Shown here one piece after another: positions 38,601-61,386 of a stretch of 64,000 nt of DNA (its first letter is position 1; every line of letters begins with the position of its first letter). Below the pieces are notes generated by a model. That model worked only from the letters and a program-made list of their open reading frames with translations. It made no database searches and was not told the origin of the DNA. A program made the translations under genes and the position numbers. This stretch comes from Camelus dromedarius (lineage: Eukaryota): contig NC_087444.1 in assembly GCF_036321535.1 (NCBI RefSeq), positions 77,066,001 through 77,130,000 on the forward strand, written 5' to 3'.

Positions 38601-41489
38601 GGCGGAGCCAGGCGGATCGCATCAAGCCTCCTGCGCCCCTGGGAGAACCTGGTTTTAGCGGGGGTGCTGGAACGGGGCCAGTTTGAGGTCCTTCTTAAAG
38701 GAAGAGCCTGGAAGAGAGGCAGACTCACTCCAGGGTGTCGCCACATACTGACTTTTGGAGAGCTGGGGCAGGAGGCTGGGGAGAGGGCACAGGAGTTCTG
38801 CTCAGCCCCTCTGCTGTGTGGGAGGGCAGTTGCTTGTGGGGCGCAGTGTTCAGAGGCGAGGTCTGAGCCCGAGACACAGTCCGGGCACATCAGACGGTAG
38901 GTGGACCTTACACCTGCAGAGCCCTGAGGGACGAGGTCCCCTGGGGCTGGGGGGGCAGCCCCAGGACAGGGCAGGCCCCTGGGAGCAGCTGCAGGATCCC
39001 CGCCCCATCCTCCCCAGGTGGGCTATGAGCTGAAGGACGAGATCGAGCGCAAATTCGACAAGTGGCAGGAGCCACCACCCGTGAAGCAGGTGAAGCCGCT
39101 GCCTGCGCCCCTCGATGGGCAGCGCAAGAAGCGAGGTGGCCGCAGGTGGGGCCCTGGGTGGGCGTGGCGGGGCGGTGCAGTGCGGTGCAGCGTGGGAAGA
39201 GGCCCGCACCCTCCCAGCTGACCCGTGCCCCTCCCCAGGTACCGCAAGATGAAGGAGCGGCTGGGGCTGACGGAGATCCGGAAGCAGGCCAACCGCATGA
39301 GCTTTGGGGAGGTCAGACCCCACCCTGCTGTGGCGCCTTGGGGTCCTCTTCCTCCCCCAGCCCTGACCCCCCCACCCCCACTGCATTCCTTCCTCTCTGT
39401 CTGTGGCTCTGGTCCCCCTACCTTCCCACAACGCCCGCTCAGATCTGGGGCACCACCCCAGACTCCTCCCCAGTCTCCTCCCCAGTCCTCCTGCCTGCAG
39501 GCTCTCCCCACCTCATCCACCCAGCTCCAGACAGTGCCAGCCCCGCTCTCCCTGAGGCTCCTTGTCCAGGCACTGGAGGCCAGTCAGGATTGGGCCCCTG
39601 CAGGCCTCCAGGCTCATCCCTGCCCTGCTGGACATGCCCCGCCCCAGGCTTCACCCCTGCCAGGCCCTTGTCATCCGAGCATCACTGTACAGATACTGCA
39701 AGACAGACAGACAGACACACACACACTCTCATTCTCTCTCTCTCTCTCTCCCCCCTCCCTCTCCCTCTCTCCCTCTCTCCCTCTCTCTCCCAGCTTCTCT
39801 CAGCTGTCAACTCAGGGAGCAGTAACAGGACCTGGCTTCCTCACCAGGGCCCTGTAGTCACCTGAATGGGTGCCCTGAGGACTGGTTGATGTGGTGAATG
39901 CCTGGGCTTCGAGCTGATTGAGGAGGTGGCTAACACCAGGATGCCTTCTTTCCCACCAGATCGAGGAGGACGCCTACCAGGAGGACTTGGGCTTCAGCCT
40001 CGGCCACCTTGGCAAGTCAGGCAGTGGGCGTGTGCGGCAGACACAGGTGAACGAGGCCACCAAAGCTAGGATCTCCAAGACACTGCAGGTACAGGCCGGG
40101 TCCTGTGGGGCCAGGGGTGTGGGCATGGGCCCAGGCCACAGCCCAGACCTCCCTNNNNNNNNNNNNNNNNNNNNNNNNNNNNNNNNNNNNNNNNNNNNNN
40201 NNNNNNNNNNNNNNNNNNNNNNNNNNNNNNNNNNNNNNNNNNNNNNNNNNNNNNNNNNNNNNNNNNNNNNNNNNNNNNNNNNNNNNGTCAGGAGGCCTGG
40301 GGAAAGTCCCTTCCCTTCCCTGAGGAGGGACACATGATCAGGCCCCTCTCAGGGCTGTCCTTGGGGGGACACCAATGAAGCCCCTGAAGGGCGAAGCTCA
40401 GTTCCCAGCACGTGGTGAGGTTAGCAGGGATGGGCCGGAAGCAGTCATGGCTGCAAACATGGGGTGGCTTTAGAATCAGGCTGGGACCAGTCAGTCTCTG
40501 TGACCTTGAGCAGGTGCAGCCCCTCCTTGAGGCTTCGGTCGAGACCCCACCCCAGCCACCAGTGCCCAGGAAGGAGCCAGGGCAGGTCATTCGCCTGTCT
40601 GAGCCTCGGTTTACTCACCCGCCAAAGAGGGCTCGTGCTTCCCATGGGATTGTGAGGAGGAACAGCTCATTCACTCCGTCAGCAACATCTGCTGAGCACC
40701 TGCTACGTTCCCAGCATTGGTGCCGGCCCTGGGATAAAGCCACAGATGGGACAGGAAATCTTGCCCTAGTGGAGCTTATAGGGGGAAGGAGACAGAGGAA
40801 TAATAGCAAACATACATAGCATGTTGCAAGATGGGAGGTGCCAGGGAGAAAAGCAGAAAGGGAGTTGGCGAGTCCCCAGGGAAGGCCTCAGCAAGAAGGT
40901 GAGAATCACTGTGTGTGAAACATTTAGAACAGTGCTTGCCACGTGTCGGGCCCCCAGAGCTGGTGGTCGTGTCATCAGTAGGGTTGGTGGGATTCGTGCT
41001 GGGACTGCGGGCCAGCTCCTTACTTCTAGGACTCAATTTCCTGATTCAGGAACCGAGAAGGATCAGCTGCTCCCAAATGTTGGTGTTTTTAAAATCACCT
41101 GGGGATCTTGTTAAAAATTCAGATGCCCGGGTCCTCCCATCTCCCTCCACCCTCTAGCCTACGGAGTCAGAATCCCACAAGGTGGGGAGATTTGGAGAAC
41201 GGCAAACTGTTCTCATGTTCACCCAGAGCCCAAGGGACCACTGAGAAGGGCCGTGGGGCTGTGACATTGCACGATTCTCTCACTGGGAGCTGGGAGGGTC
41301 GGGGGTTGTTGTTAGGGGCCGGGCTGCCTACCTGCCTCATCCCCGTCTCCCTCGCCTGTCCAGGGCCTGGAGATTGTGAACCCACAAGCAGCAGAGAAGA
41401 AGGTGGCTGAGGCCAACCAGAAGTATTTCTCCAGCATGGCCGAGTTCCTCAAGGTCAAGGGTGAGAAGAGCGGCATCATGTCCACCTGA
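29616..41489 (+). CDS. PRPF31: U4/U6 snRNP protein Prp31, 499 aa, 13 coding exons
   Basis: Exons 29616-29792, 29882-29942, 31783-31866, 32446-32543, 33135-33241, 34720-34889, 36081-36238 (mostly under N; visible end TCTCTGCCCCCG|gtgag), 37343-37432, 39018-39145, 39239-39311, 39960-40088, one 99-nt exon inferred inside N-run 40155-40286, 41364-41489. Peptides MSLADELLADLEE..., VMGPVEAAPEYRVIVDANN..., GLEIVNPQAAEKK...MST*. Sum 1500 nt if masked exons have orthologue length. Confidence 0.98.
35381..35699 (-). mobile_element. MLT1 LTR in PRPF31 intron 7
   Basis: gctgccataa...gtctgagatcagggtgtcggcagggctggttcc...aaatacagtcacattctgagg...ggggacacagttcagcccatgaca. Confidence 0.75.
37600..38050 (-). 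mobile_element. MLT1 LTR in PRPF31 intron 9
   Basis: gctgctgtaacaaatcaccgcaagttcagtgg...ttccagaggccacctgcatcccttggcttgtggcccc...tcaagatccttaacctaa. Confidence 0.75.
39703..39792. repeat. GACA / CA / CT compound simple repeat in PRPF31 intron 11
   Basis: Read directly from the sequence. Confidence 0.9.
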
Positions 41490-41726
41490 GGGGCCACGGC
41501 TCAGGTTGGAGGGACACGGAGGCCCTGCCTTTCTGAAGGGATCCAGGTCAGGATGTGGCTGGGAGAGCCGCCCCGCCATCGCCGGTGCTGGGACTGTCCA
41601 GAGAGGCACGGGAGGAGGCCCGGCCCCTGGAGCCGAGATCGCCACCCACCTCGGGGGCAGAGCCAATCCTTGTCACGCGTCTTTTTTATTATAAATGGGA
41701 AAGGAGACACCTTTGGAAAAAGTGCA

Positions 41727-41732
41727 ATTAAA
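41727..41732 (+). terminator. Probable PRPF31 polyadenylation signal ATTAAA
   Basis: Only canonical-variant hexamer I found within about 300 nt of the stop; T/GT-rich sequence downstream. Confidence 0.55.
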
Positions 41733-42799
41733 AGCACATTATCAGGACCTGTCCTTGGCGAGTGATCGTTTGTCAAACACCAGGGCAACTAAAGAGTCAG
41801 CTGTGGGTTTTGGGGGATGGAACTTGGGCTCCTTGGAATCCTGGTCCAGCCTTGGGCCTGTCACTTCCTCGTGTGATCCCAGGAAGAGAAGAGCCCTCTC
41901 CATCTCCCGACCCCTCAGAGAGCCTCGGGTGCTTTGACACCCAGGTGGCATGGCTGCTGAAAGCCCCAGCTTCGTGGGGGGCATCTCAGGACACTGGCCT
42001 CCCCCTTCCACCACTGGATGTAAAAGACGCCCAGGAGGCACTGTGACCATCAGGGCACCGTTGTTACTTCTGTCCAGTGTTTGAGGACACCCCCTCCCGC
42101 CCTGGTGTGCCACACCCCGACTTGGGAAGAGCAGGCTGGCTCCCCGCCCTGGCAGGGACTCAGTGCTATGACAGTTCCTACCAGGTGAGGAGAGTGCCAC
42201 CAGGGGCCTGTCTGTGCTGGGAGCCGGGCTTCACGGTGGCACAGAGGAGGAAGCCCTGGTCGCTCACCTGCGAGGGCAGCACTTCTCTTAGTTACCCAGG
42301 AAGTGGGTGCACAGGCAAGACTCGGCCCTGTGGGGAGGCGATGCCTCTAGCTCCCGCTGTCCCCTGGGTCCTATCTGAGCTCTCTCTCTGTTCCTCTCTC
42401 TAGGCTTCCCCCGACACCATATGGGGCTCTGTGTGTGTCTCGACCCCAGTCCCTCCCCCAGCCTGGGGCTCTGTCTCTGGACCTCAGTGGCCCTCTCTGA
42501 ATCTCCCCTCCCTCACGTGAAACAGCCTGCATGCCTGGGATATTCTTTTTAATGGTCAGGTTACCCCAGGTCACACAAGCGTTTCCCCCAAATTCATCCC
42601 AGAACTTTAGATCAGCCTTGCTTGAAAGTGATGACCTTTGTTGATCTCCGGCTGTGGGTGTGTGAGTGAGGAGCCATCTGTCCACAACTCTTCAGAGTCC
42701 CCACCTCCCCTGGCCAGAGTGAGTAAAAGGGGGCGGGGGGCCAGGGCTGTGAACCTCAGGAAGGAACCTGAGCCACCTGGCCCTGCAGGCCTGCATTCT

Positions 42800-43460
42800 T
42801 CCAGAGCAGTTTCTCAGTGTAAAGCGCTTTCAGAATTGCCTGGGAGGCCTGTTAAAGCAGCTTTCAGCTTCTGATTCAGCTGGTCTACAATGGGGCTCAA
42901 AAGCGTGATTCTAACAGCTTCCCAGGTGATGTTTATGCTGCTGATGCAGGGATCCCACTTTGAAAACCACTGGAAAGTTCTGTCCGATTACCTGGATGTT
43001 GGAGTCATCTCAGGAGTTTTAATTGCTAATATCTGGTGGTTCCCATCCCAAGAAAGTGATTTAATTGGTTGAGGGCAAGGACTGGGTATCTGGAATTTTT
43101 TTTTAAGCCCCCAGGTGATTCTCATGTGCAGCCAAGTTTGAGATCCACTGTTCTGGATACTTGCTACTAAGCGTTGGCTAGGAATCTGTTAGAAAAACAG
43201 AATCTAGGGCCTCCTAAATTAGAATCTGCATTTAACAAATCCCTCAAATGATTCCTCAGAAATCTGAAAGGCTCTGCCCCATCCAAGGACCACCCTTTGA
43301 ATAGCAAGGCTCTGCATCAATAACTCTTATTAAACTCTAATGATCACGCAGGAAGTTTGTAAAAATACAGATTCCCTAGGTCTTTGTGGGCCTAAGAACA
43401 TTGCATTGTTGCAAGCAGTCTCCCCTGCCTTGCCCCGGGCGATTCTGGTGCAGCTCTCAC
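42800..43460. mobile_element. Cluster of about four MER5A/MER5B-like MITE relics between PRPF31 and CNOT3
   Basis: Repeated ...cccaggtgatt...gagatccactg / ttagaatctgcatttaacaa / aaaaatacagattcc motifs at about 42800, 42995, 43157 and 43310. Confidence 0.6.
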
Positions 43461-44319
43461 TTGCATCTCCCTTAAAAGAGTTAATCCTGATTTTCTCTGC
43501 CTTGAGGGGGTGGGCAGATCTGATTTCCCTTCCTGTGTGCCTCGTGGTTCAGGAAAGCACCAGCGCCTAGCAAGTCTTAACCACAAACCATTCCTCACTT
43601 TCATCCATTTATTCATTCAACAAATGGTTACTGGGTGCTTTCTACTGCGTAGTGCTGGGGATGCAAAAATCTGGAGCGGGAGATTCAGATAATTACGAAA
43701 ATGATGGTATACGTGCAAAAGCAAATCCGAATGAACAGGGCTAGCGTGAGCATTCAGCACGAGAGGTCAGGGAAGTTCCCCCACCCCTCCCCAAGGGTAG
43801 ACCACTGAGCTGAGATCTGAAGGACCAGTAGACATTAGGAGGCAACCGTGGGAGGGGGACGGGAAATCTCATCTGTACCTTCTGCGGCGTCCTCACAACA
43901 CCGAGGAAACGGAGGGGCAGTGGAGAGTTACTGTCTCACAGTCACGTAACCACTCAGAGGCAGGACAAAAACTCCATGCCTCCATGGCGCTTTCCCAACC
44001 AGTTCAGCTGTGCTTGGGGCATTGTCTCCTGCCTCCTTCCTTGCCTTCCTTCCTCTGAGTGTCAGAGATGTGCCAAACACAAGAACTTGGAGAAAGACCA
44101 TGCAGCTGAGAGTCAGGGACCGGCCTGCCCTGCCAGGGCACAGAGGCGGAAGGATGCGCCCAGCTCCCAAGCCTGCCTGCTACGCTGCGTTTCACACGCT
44201 TCAAGAGCGGGTACCGCCCACTGGCCACAGTATTGGACACACTGGAGTGAATGATAACAGGACCAACGAAGGGGAAGGGGTGGACCCTCTAGCCCCGCTC
44301 CTCCCTCTCAGCCCAGGGA

Positions 44320-45700
44320 CTGTCTCGATTGGCAGGTAACTTCAGCTCGGCCCCCGCTTTGAAGGCACCTGTCTGTCTCCCATTAGGTACGCTGCCTTTA
44401 ACGCCCACTCTCCATGCTTCCTCCGCTTTCCCCACCCACTTCCTGGACCAGCCAATGGCTTCTGGGCAGAATATTCCCCCCACGACCAATTGAAAACGGC
44501 TCTAAACTTGACGGGCGACTTCCCGCCCCTGATCAGCCTAGCTCCTCCCCCCGACCAATTGGCTCGTGAGAGGGGGGCGGGTGTATCCAATCAGTACGAC
44601 ACAGGCCTCTGGATTGACGCACGAGTCCTCGCGCTGGCGTGTTGTGCCCGGAGGCGGGAGGAGGAGGAGGAGCGGGGTAGAAAACCTGAGCCAATCCTCG
44701 CAGCCTGCGCGGGAGGCCAATCGAATGCCGCGCCTTGGAACGATTGCCCAATCGGCGAGAGGGGCCGGCCACATCCCTGCCAAAAACCAATAGGACGCGC
44801 CCGAGGAGCAAGAGCGACGTGCGGCCGGAGCAATGATAGGCCTATATTCGGGGCTCGGAGGCGGGTCGGCGCCAGAGACGAGAAGAGCGAAGGGGAGGTC
44901 TCCTCCGCCGCCGCCATCTTGGACCGGGCCCGGTCAGCTTCCGCGGAGCCATCGGCAGACGCCACGGCCTCCCTTGAGCCCCGACCCCGTCGTCAGAACA
45001 ACCCCGGGCCNNNNNNNNNNNNNNNNNNNNNNNNNNNNNNNNNNNNNNNNNNNNNNNNNNNNNNNNNNNNNNNNNNNNNNNNNNNNNNNNNNNNNNNNNN
45101 NNNNNNNNNNNNNNNNNNNNNNNNNNNNNNNNNNNNNNNNNNNNNNNNNNNNNNNNNNNNNNNNNNNNNNNNNNNNCCCCTCCTCCCCCGGCGCCGTCGA
45201 CCGCCTTCCCTGCTGCCTCCTGCCCCTGTGACCCCGCTGCCTGTCGCGACATGGCCGGCGCGGCGCCCCCGCCCCCGTGCGGCCCCGGCGCTCGCCGTCC
45301 GCCCGGCGGTGCGCGCCCCCTCCCCCGCGCCCTCCTCCACGCCCCTCGGCGGCGCCCGGGGGTGCTCCCGCAACCCCAGCCCCGCGCGGCGTCCGCGTCG
45401 GGCCTCGGTGGGGTGTGAGGGTGTGCTTGGTGCCCGCCCCTCTCCGCGTCGGTATTGGCTCCTCGCTGCAAGGATGGAGGCGCCCCTGGCCGCAGGTGCC
45501 CGCCCTCTCGGGGCTCAGGTGCCTGCCCCCCTCGGCAACAGCCCCCTGTGCTGGGGGGCGGTCTCTGGGCGAGGCTGCCTTCTTCACGTGGGAGTCGGGC
45601 TGCGAGCCCCCCTGACGAGCACCCCTCTGTGGGGAAGGGGGTCACCCTTCCTGGGACCAGGGCCCCCCTCTCCGCTCCCTTCCCACCATGGGTGCCGCTC
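44320..45700 (+). promoter_or_regulatory. CNOT3 CpG-island promoter with CCAAT cluster
   Basis: Very high CpG density; CCAAT/ATTGG at 44328, 44452, 44486, 44555, 44587, 44691, 44717, 44748, 44787; GC box and YY1 motif. Confidence 0.85.
44830..45176 (+). other. CNOT3: CNOT3 non-coding exon 1 (approximate; donor probably inside N-run 45011-45176)
   Basis: Directly downstream of the CCAAT cluster in the CpG island; contains YY1-type CCGCCATCTT at 44911-44920; exon 2 acceptor ctctccag|cag at 49809/49812. Boundaries inferred from orthologue structure. Confidence 0.55.
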
Positions 45701-48374
45701 TCCTCTGGAGATGGGGTGGGGGATAAACTCCCCTGGAGTGAAGGTGCCAGCTCCACGAGATGGAGCCTCAGCCAAAGTTTCCACCTCTAGTGAAAAGTGC
45801 CCCCGGTTTAAGGCTTCCCCATCCCACAGCCCAGGCCTTCCCCACTGGGGAGTCTGGGCTGTCCTGAGAGAGACCGCTTCGGGCCTCAGCGGTTAACTGC
45901 CCGGGGCCGGGCGTCCCCTCTGGCTTTGTGGATGTGCGCTCACCTGGATCCAGGCTCTCTGCCCGCCCGAGCCTGCGCTTCCTCTTGATGTCACTCCCTC
46001 CTTGGGGTCTGTTTGGTGAGGCTTTTGAGCTCTGCTGGGTCTCCGGTACCTGGTCGTCTCTTGGTGGCACTTCCCAGGTTCCTGCTTTCTCCACGTCATT
46101 AGTGATCTCCCGGTGTGGGCACCACAAGCACTCTTTTTTTCTAATTAGGGCCAGCCTCTCAGCCCAGGGGCTGTCACCTCCCCCAAGATTTATGCTCCTA
46201 CCCTTTTGGTACTGGTTTGGTGTTTTGATACCTTCCACCACTGCCCTCAGTCTGAAGCTTCTGCCTCCATTCACATCAGTCCCTCCGCTGGGGTGTAATC
46301 TTTCCAGGAGGCAAAGATCCCACCCCGTTGGTGGCAGCAGTTGTAGGAGCAAGGCTCTTACCTACCCATACCCACCCTGCTGGTAACCCCCTGAGAGTAT
46401 ACGGCTTCTTTCATCTGAGCTTCCTTTATTGTGAGGTGTGTGCTGTGAGGACTGGAGTTGTGCTTTTTTTTTTTTTTTTTCCCAGGATAAGGAAATTTTC
46501 TCAGTGTTGCCTTCTCCAGGGGTAAGGTTTCTGCCTTCCTTGGTATTGGTGACTCTTGGATTTGAGGTATCCACACCCCTCTGTGTGCCCCCCACTGTGG
46601 GACCAAGGCCCCTCTCAGGTGTTAGTGCTCAGGACTTAAGCTTCGGCCCTCTGCTTGTGATGTCCCACAGTGTGGCACTGGGCTTCTGCCCTCTCCCCCT
46701 GAGGCACAAGTTCCTTGCTATGGGGGGTGTAAGATGCCTGAGTTGAGGTGGAGACCCCGCTGTTGTCACCTACCCCAGGACGAAAGATGCCTTTGTGTAA
46801 CCTTTCCAAGGTGGGATTCCCAATCCCCCGTCCTTGGTGCTGGGCCTCGCAGTGGGGAGATAACTCCCTCCACCCCAGGACCTAACACATCCACCTCGTG
46901 GAGTCTCAGATCCTCCATGTGATGGCCTCAGCAGCCTCCCAGGTTAAGGATGGCTTTCTGGCATCACTTCCCAGCAGGCCAGAGCTCATCACCCCATGGT
47001 ACTAGGCCTCTCTACGGGCACGTGACCACCCCCAGGATTAGGGACCACTGGGTATTAGTTCCCCAGGACTAAGCCTTCTGCTCCTGCTGCCCTACTGCTC
47101 CTCAGGCCTTTGCGTGGCAGTGTCATCTCCCCTGACGTGAGGTTTGGGGGCTCTTCTTCATTAGTTTTAGCCCCTCACTTTATGGTTGCTGGCTCCTGTG
47201 GATCTGGCACGCTGTTCGCCCTACCCACCCCCTCGGCATAGGCTCCTTACTTGTGGGGATGTGTCTTTCTCCTGGACGAAGTCTTTTGGTTCAATCTCTC
47301 TGGTCAGGGTTCCCAGATTCCTTAGTGCTGTTTGAGAACAGCAGCTCCTCTCTTCCTAAGGTGCCTGCCTGTCTCGGAATGGGCCTGACATGATTATTTC
47401 CCCTGGAGCATCTCGGTGGGCCCCTCAGAGCGGGGGGCTACCAGCCCTTTAAGTCTGAGAGTCTCCTGTGAGGGTGTGAGAGCATCTCTACTTCAAGACT
47501 CAGGCTCCAGTTTCCTTTCTCCTTGGTCCTTTCCTGGGGATCTAAGGTATAGGCACCCTCTTGATATGAAAGTTTTCTCTGGCAGAGGGGGCGGGGGTTG
47601 CCTCTGCGGCTAAGGCTCCTGCCCACTGTGGTAGCCAGCCCACCTAGGGGTGCGAACACCCAGGCCCTGGGAGCTGCCTGCCCGGGTCAGATGGTGTCTG
47701 CTTCCAGTCTCAGCTGTTGCTTACTTTGAGGTTCTGTCTGATACATCACCTCCCAGGCTAGGGCTCTTGTTCCCCTGGCACCTTGCTTCCAGCTCCTTCA
47801 GTACCTCCTGCTGCTGCAATCTTGTCCCCTCTGGGGCTGGGTGTCCCACCCACTTGGTGTGGGGACTTGAAGAAAGCATTCCCTCCCTAATGTGTGCAGT
47901 GCCTTGCCTCTGCCCCAGGAGCCAGGCAGAGGTAGGGAGGACCAGCACTTGGGGAACATTCCTGCACTCACCCCACACCCCTGGGCAGTAAGAGGCTTTT
48001 CTGTGTTGGGACGTGGGAGCTAAGACTCATGCCTGCACACCTCAGTGTTGGGGTCCAAGCCCTCGTGTGAGCACCTGGATCAGAGGCGCTTGCCCCATCT
48101 CAGTTTGAGTCCCCTCTGTGTGATTGCCTCCTGGGTCCTTTTTTGGCTGCTTCTCCTTCCTGGAGATGGAATTTTCCCTGTGTTGTGATTGGGCCCCACC
48201 TTGGCATGTCCACCAACCCTGGGCTAAGGGCACTGCCGTTCTTCTTGCTTGGCCTTTCGTGGAAGAGAGTCACGTTCCCCCAAGTCAAAAGGTCTGCCCC
48301 CATGCAAAGCCGGTCCCTTAGAGGGGACTGGCCCCGTCACATGGGCTTCTGGTTCTGGGGTGTGCTCACAGATA

Positions 48375-48545
48375 CCCTGTCCCACTGGTAGCTACGAGCT
48401 ACGTGTGATTTAAATTTTAGCTAGTTAACATAAAAATCTTAAATTCCATTCTTCGTTGCACTAGCCACATTTTGAGCTTTTGAGCGTTCAGTGGCACAGA
48501 TAGCCCAGGTGTAAAACATTTCTGTCCTGGAAAGTTTTGTTGGAC
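48375..48545. mobile_element. MER3-like hAT MITE in CNOT3 intron 1
   Basis: aaaatcttaaattccattcttcgttgcactagccacatttt...aacatttctgtcctggaaagttttgttggacag. Confidence 0.6.
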
Positions 48546-49861
48546 AGGATTGTTCTTGAGATGTTCCCTTCTTGGTGGGTGAGGGCCCCCTTGGTATGAC
48601 TTCCCTCTGGATTGAAAGTCTTAGTCCTCCATGTATACAGGACTCTTTCTGCCTGGACAGTTGGGACTGCCCTGGGGCACCCTGCCCTAAGCCTGCAGAG
48701 TGCTCCCTGGACCTCAGTAGAGGCCCCCTCTCTGAGGGGACGACCTCCTGCCGCGCAGGCACATGACCTTCCCTCCCCAAGGCTCCTGACTGCTCCTGGT
48801 GGTCTTGGTGTCGGGCCCTAAGGTGCAGCTTTGCCTGGGTGAAAGCTACTGGTGACTCCCCTTTGACCTCAGTCTTCTCTGGGTTGCGTGTCCTTCCTTT
48901 AGGATGGAGACACCCATCTCTCTAAGTATTGAGTGCTTGTCTGAGGGTTTACGTTTCCCTGAGTCTGTGTTACCAGTGCATTTGATCTGTAATTCCTTGG
49001 TGTGTGCGGAGAGCTCCCTCACAGCTAAGTTCCCCTTTCACCCTCTCATCTTTGAAAGAGTTCTCGCTTCTCCTGGCCCCCTCTTGGGTGCTACCTTCTT
49101 CCCGCAGACCTTTTTGGTATTGGCCTCTGGGTTAGGAATATTATCTCCTTTGGTTTAAGGGTCCTCCTCTGAAATAAACTTTTCAGAGGTCAGGGTACTT
49201 GGGATCCAGCCCTGCCTGTATGGGTGGGTTTAGCTCTTCACAGCTGTAGGCACCTTTCGTCCCCCTCAGCCACTGCACTTCCCCTTGGTCCCTTACGGCT
49301 CATACCCGTGTACACAACATCAGGCCCTTCTCTGTGGGATGCAAATTCTGTTTGTTTCCTGACTTGTCTGAAGAATAACCTCTCCCCGGGTTAGGATTCT
49401 GGTCACCTGTGTGCTTGGCTCCTCTACAGGAAGTGTGGCCTCCAGGTCTAATGCCTTCCTCCCTGGCAGTCAGCTGTGTGCTGCATGACTTTCCCTGCTC
49501 TAGAAAATCCTTTTGGATGTCATCTGGGGAGAAGGTACTCTAGGAATTTTCCACTTCCTGGGTCAGAGGCACACAAAATGTGTATCTCTTTCATTCTTTC
49601 AGCAAACTTCCCGAGTCCTCTTGTGGGCCAGACCCTGTGCTGGGCAGTCAAGGCAGTATAAAGAGAACTGGGCTAAGTCTCTGTCATCAGTTAGGAAATG
49701 CATCTTCCCCTTTACCATCCCACGCGCCTTGCTATTCCCGACCTCGTCCGAGTCTCTGGGTTCGGACCAGCCAGGGAATAAATGTGTGTCCCTTTCCGAT
49801 CTCTCCAGCAGCATCCGTCTCCAAGAGAGTATGAAGAGAGCGCGTCCGTAGGGCAGGGAAG

Positions 49862-61070
<11,209 letters not shown>

Positions 61071-61386
61071 NNNNNNNNNNNNNNNNNNNNNNNNNNNNNC
61101 CCCCCGCATGCTGATCCCCTGCCCAGGTGAGGGCCCTGCCCTGGAAGACTGGGGGGAGGCCCCAGGCCATGGGGCAGCCCCCTCCCCCAGGAAGCAGGGA
61201 GGGGCTGGGNNNNNNNNNNNNNNNNNNNNNNNNNNNNNNNNNNNNNNNNNNNNNNNNNNNNNNNNNNNNNNNNNNNNNNNNNNNNNNNNNNNNNNNNNNN
61301 NNNNNNNNNNNNNNNNNNNNNNNNNNNNNNNNNNNNNNNNNNNNNNNNNNNNNNNNNNNNNNNNNNNNNNNNNTACCCCCTCAGAG

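Noticed and set aside
44490-45896. 468-aa ORF and overlapping long antisense ORFs
   Set aside because: Stop-poor GC-rich CpG island spanning an N-run; low-complexity P/R/A/G content; coincides with the CNOT3 promoter and intron 1.
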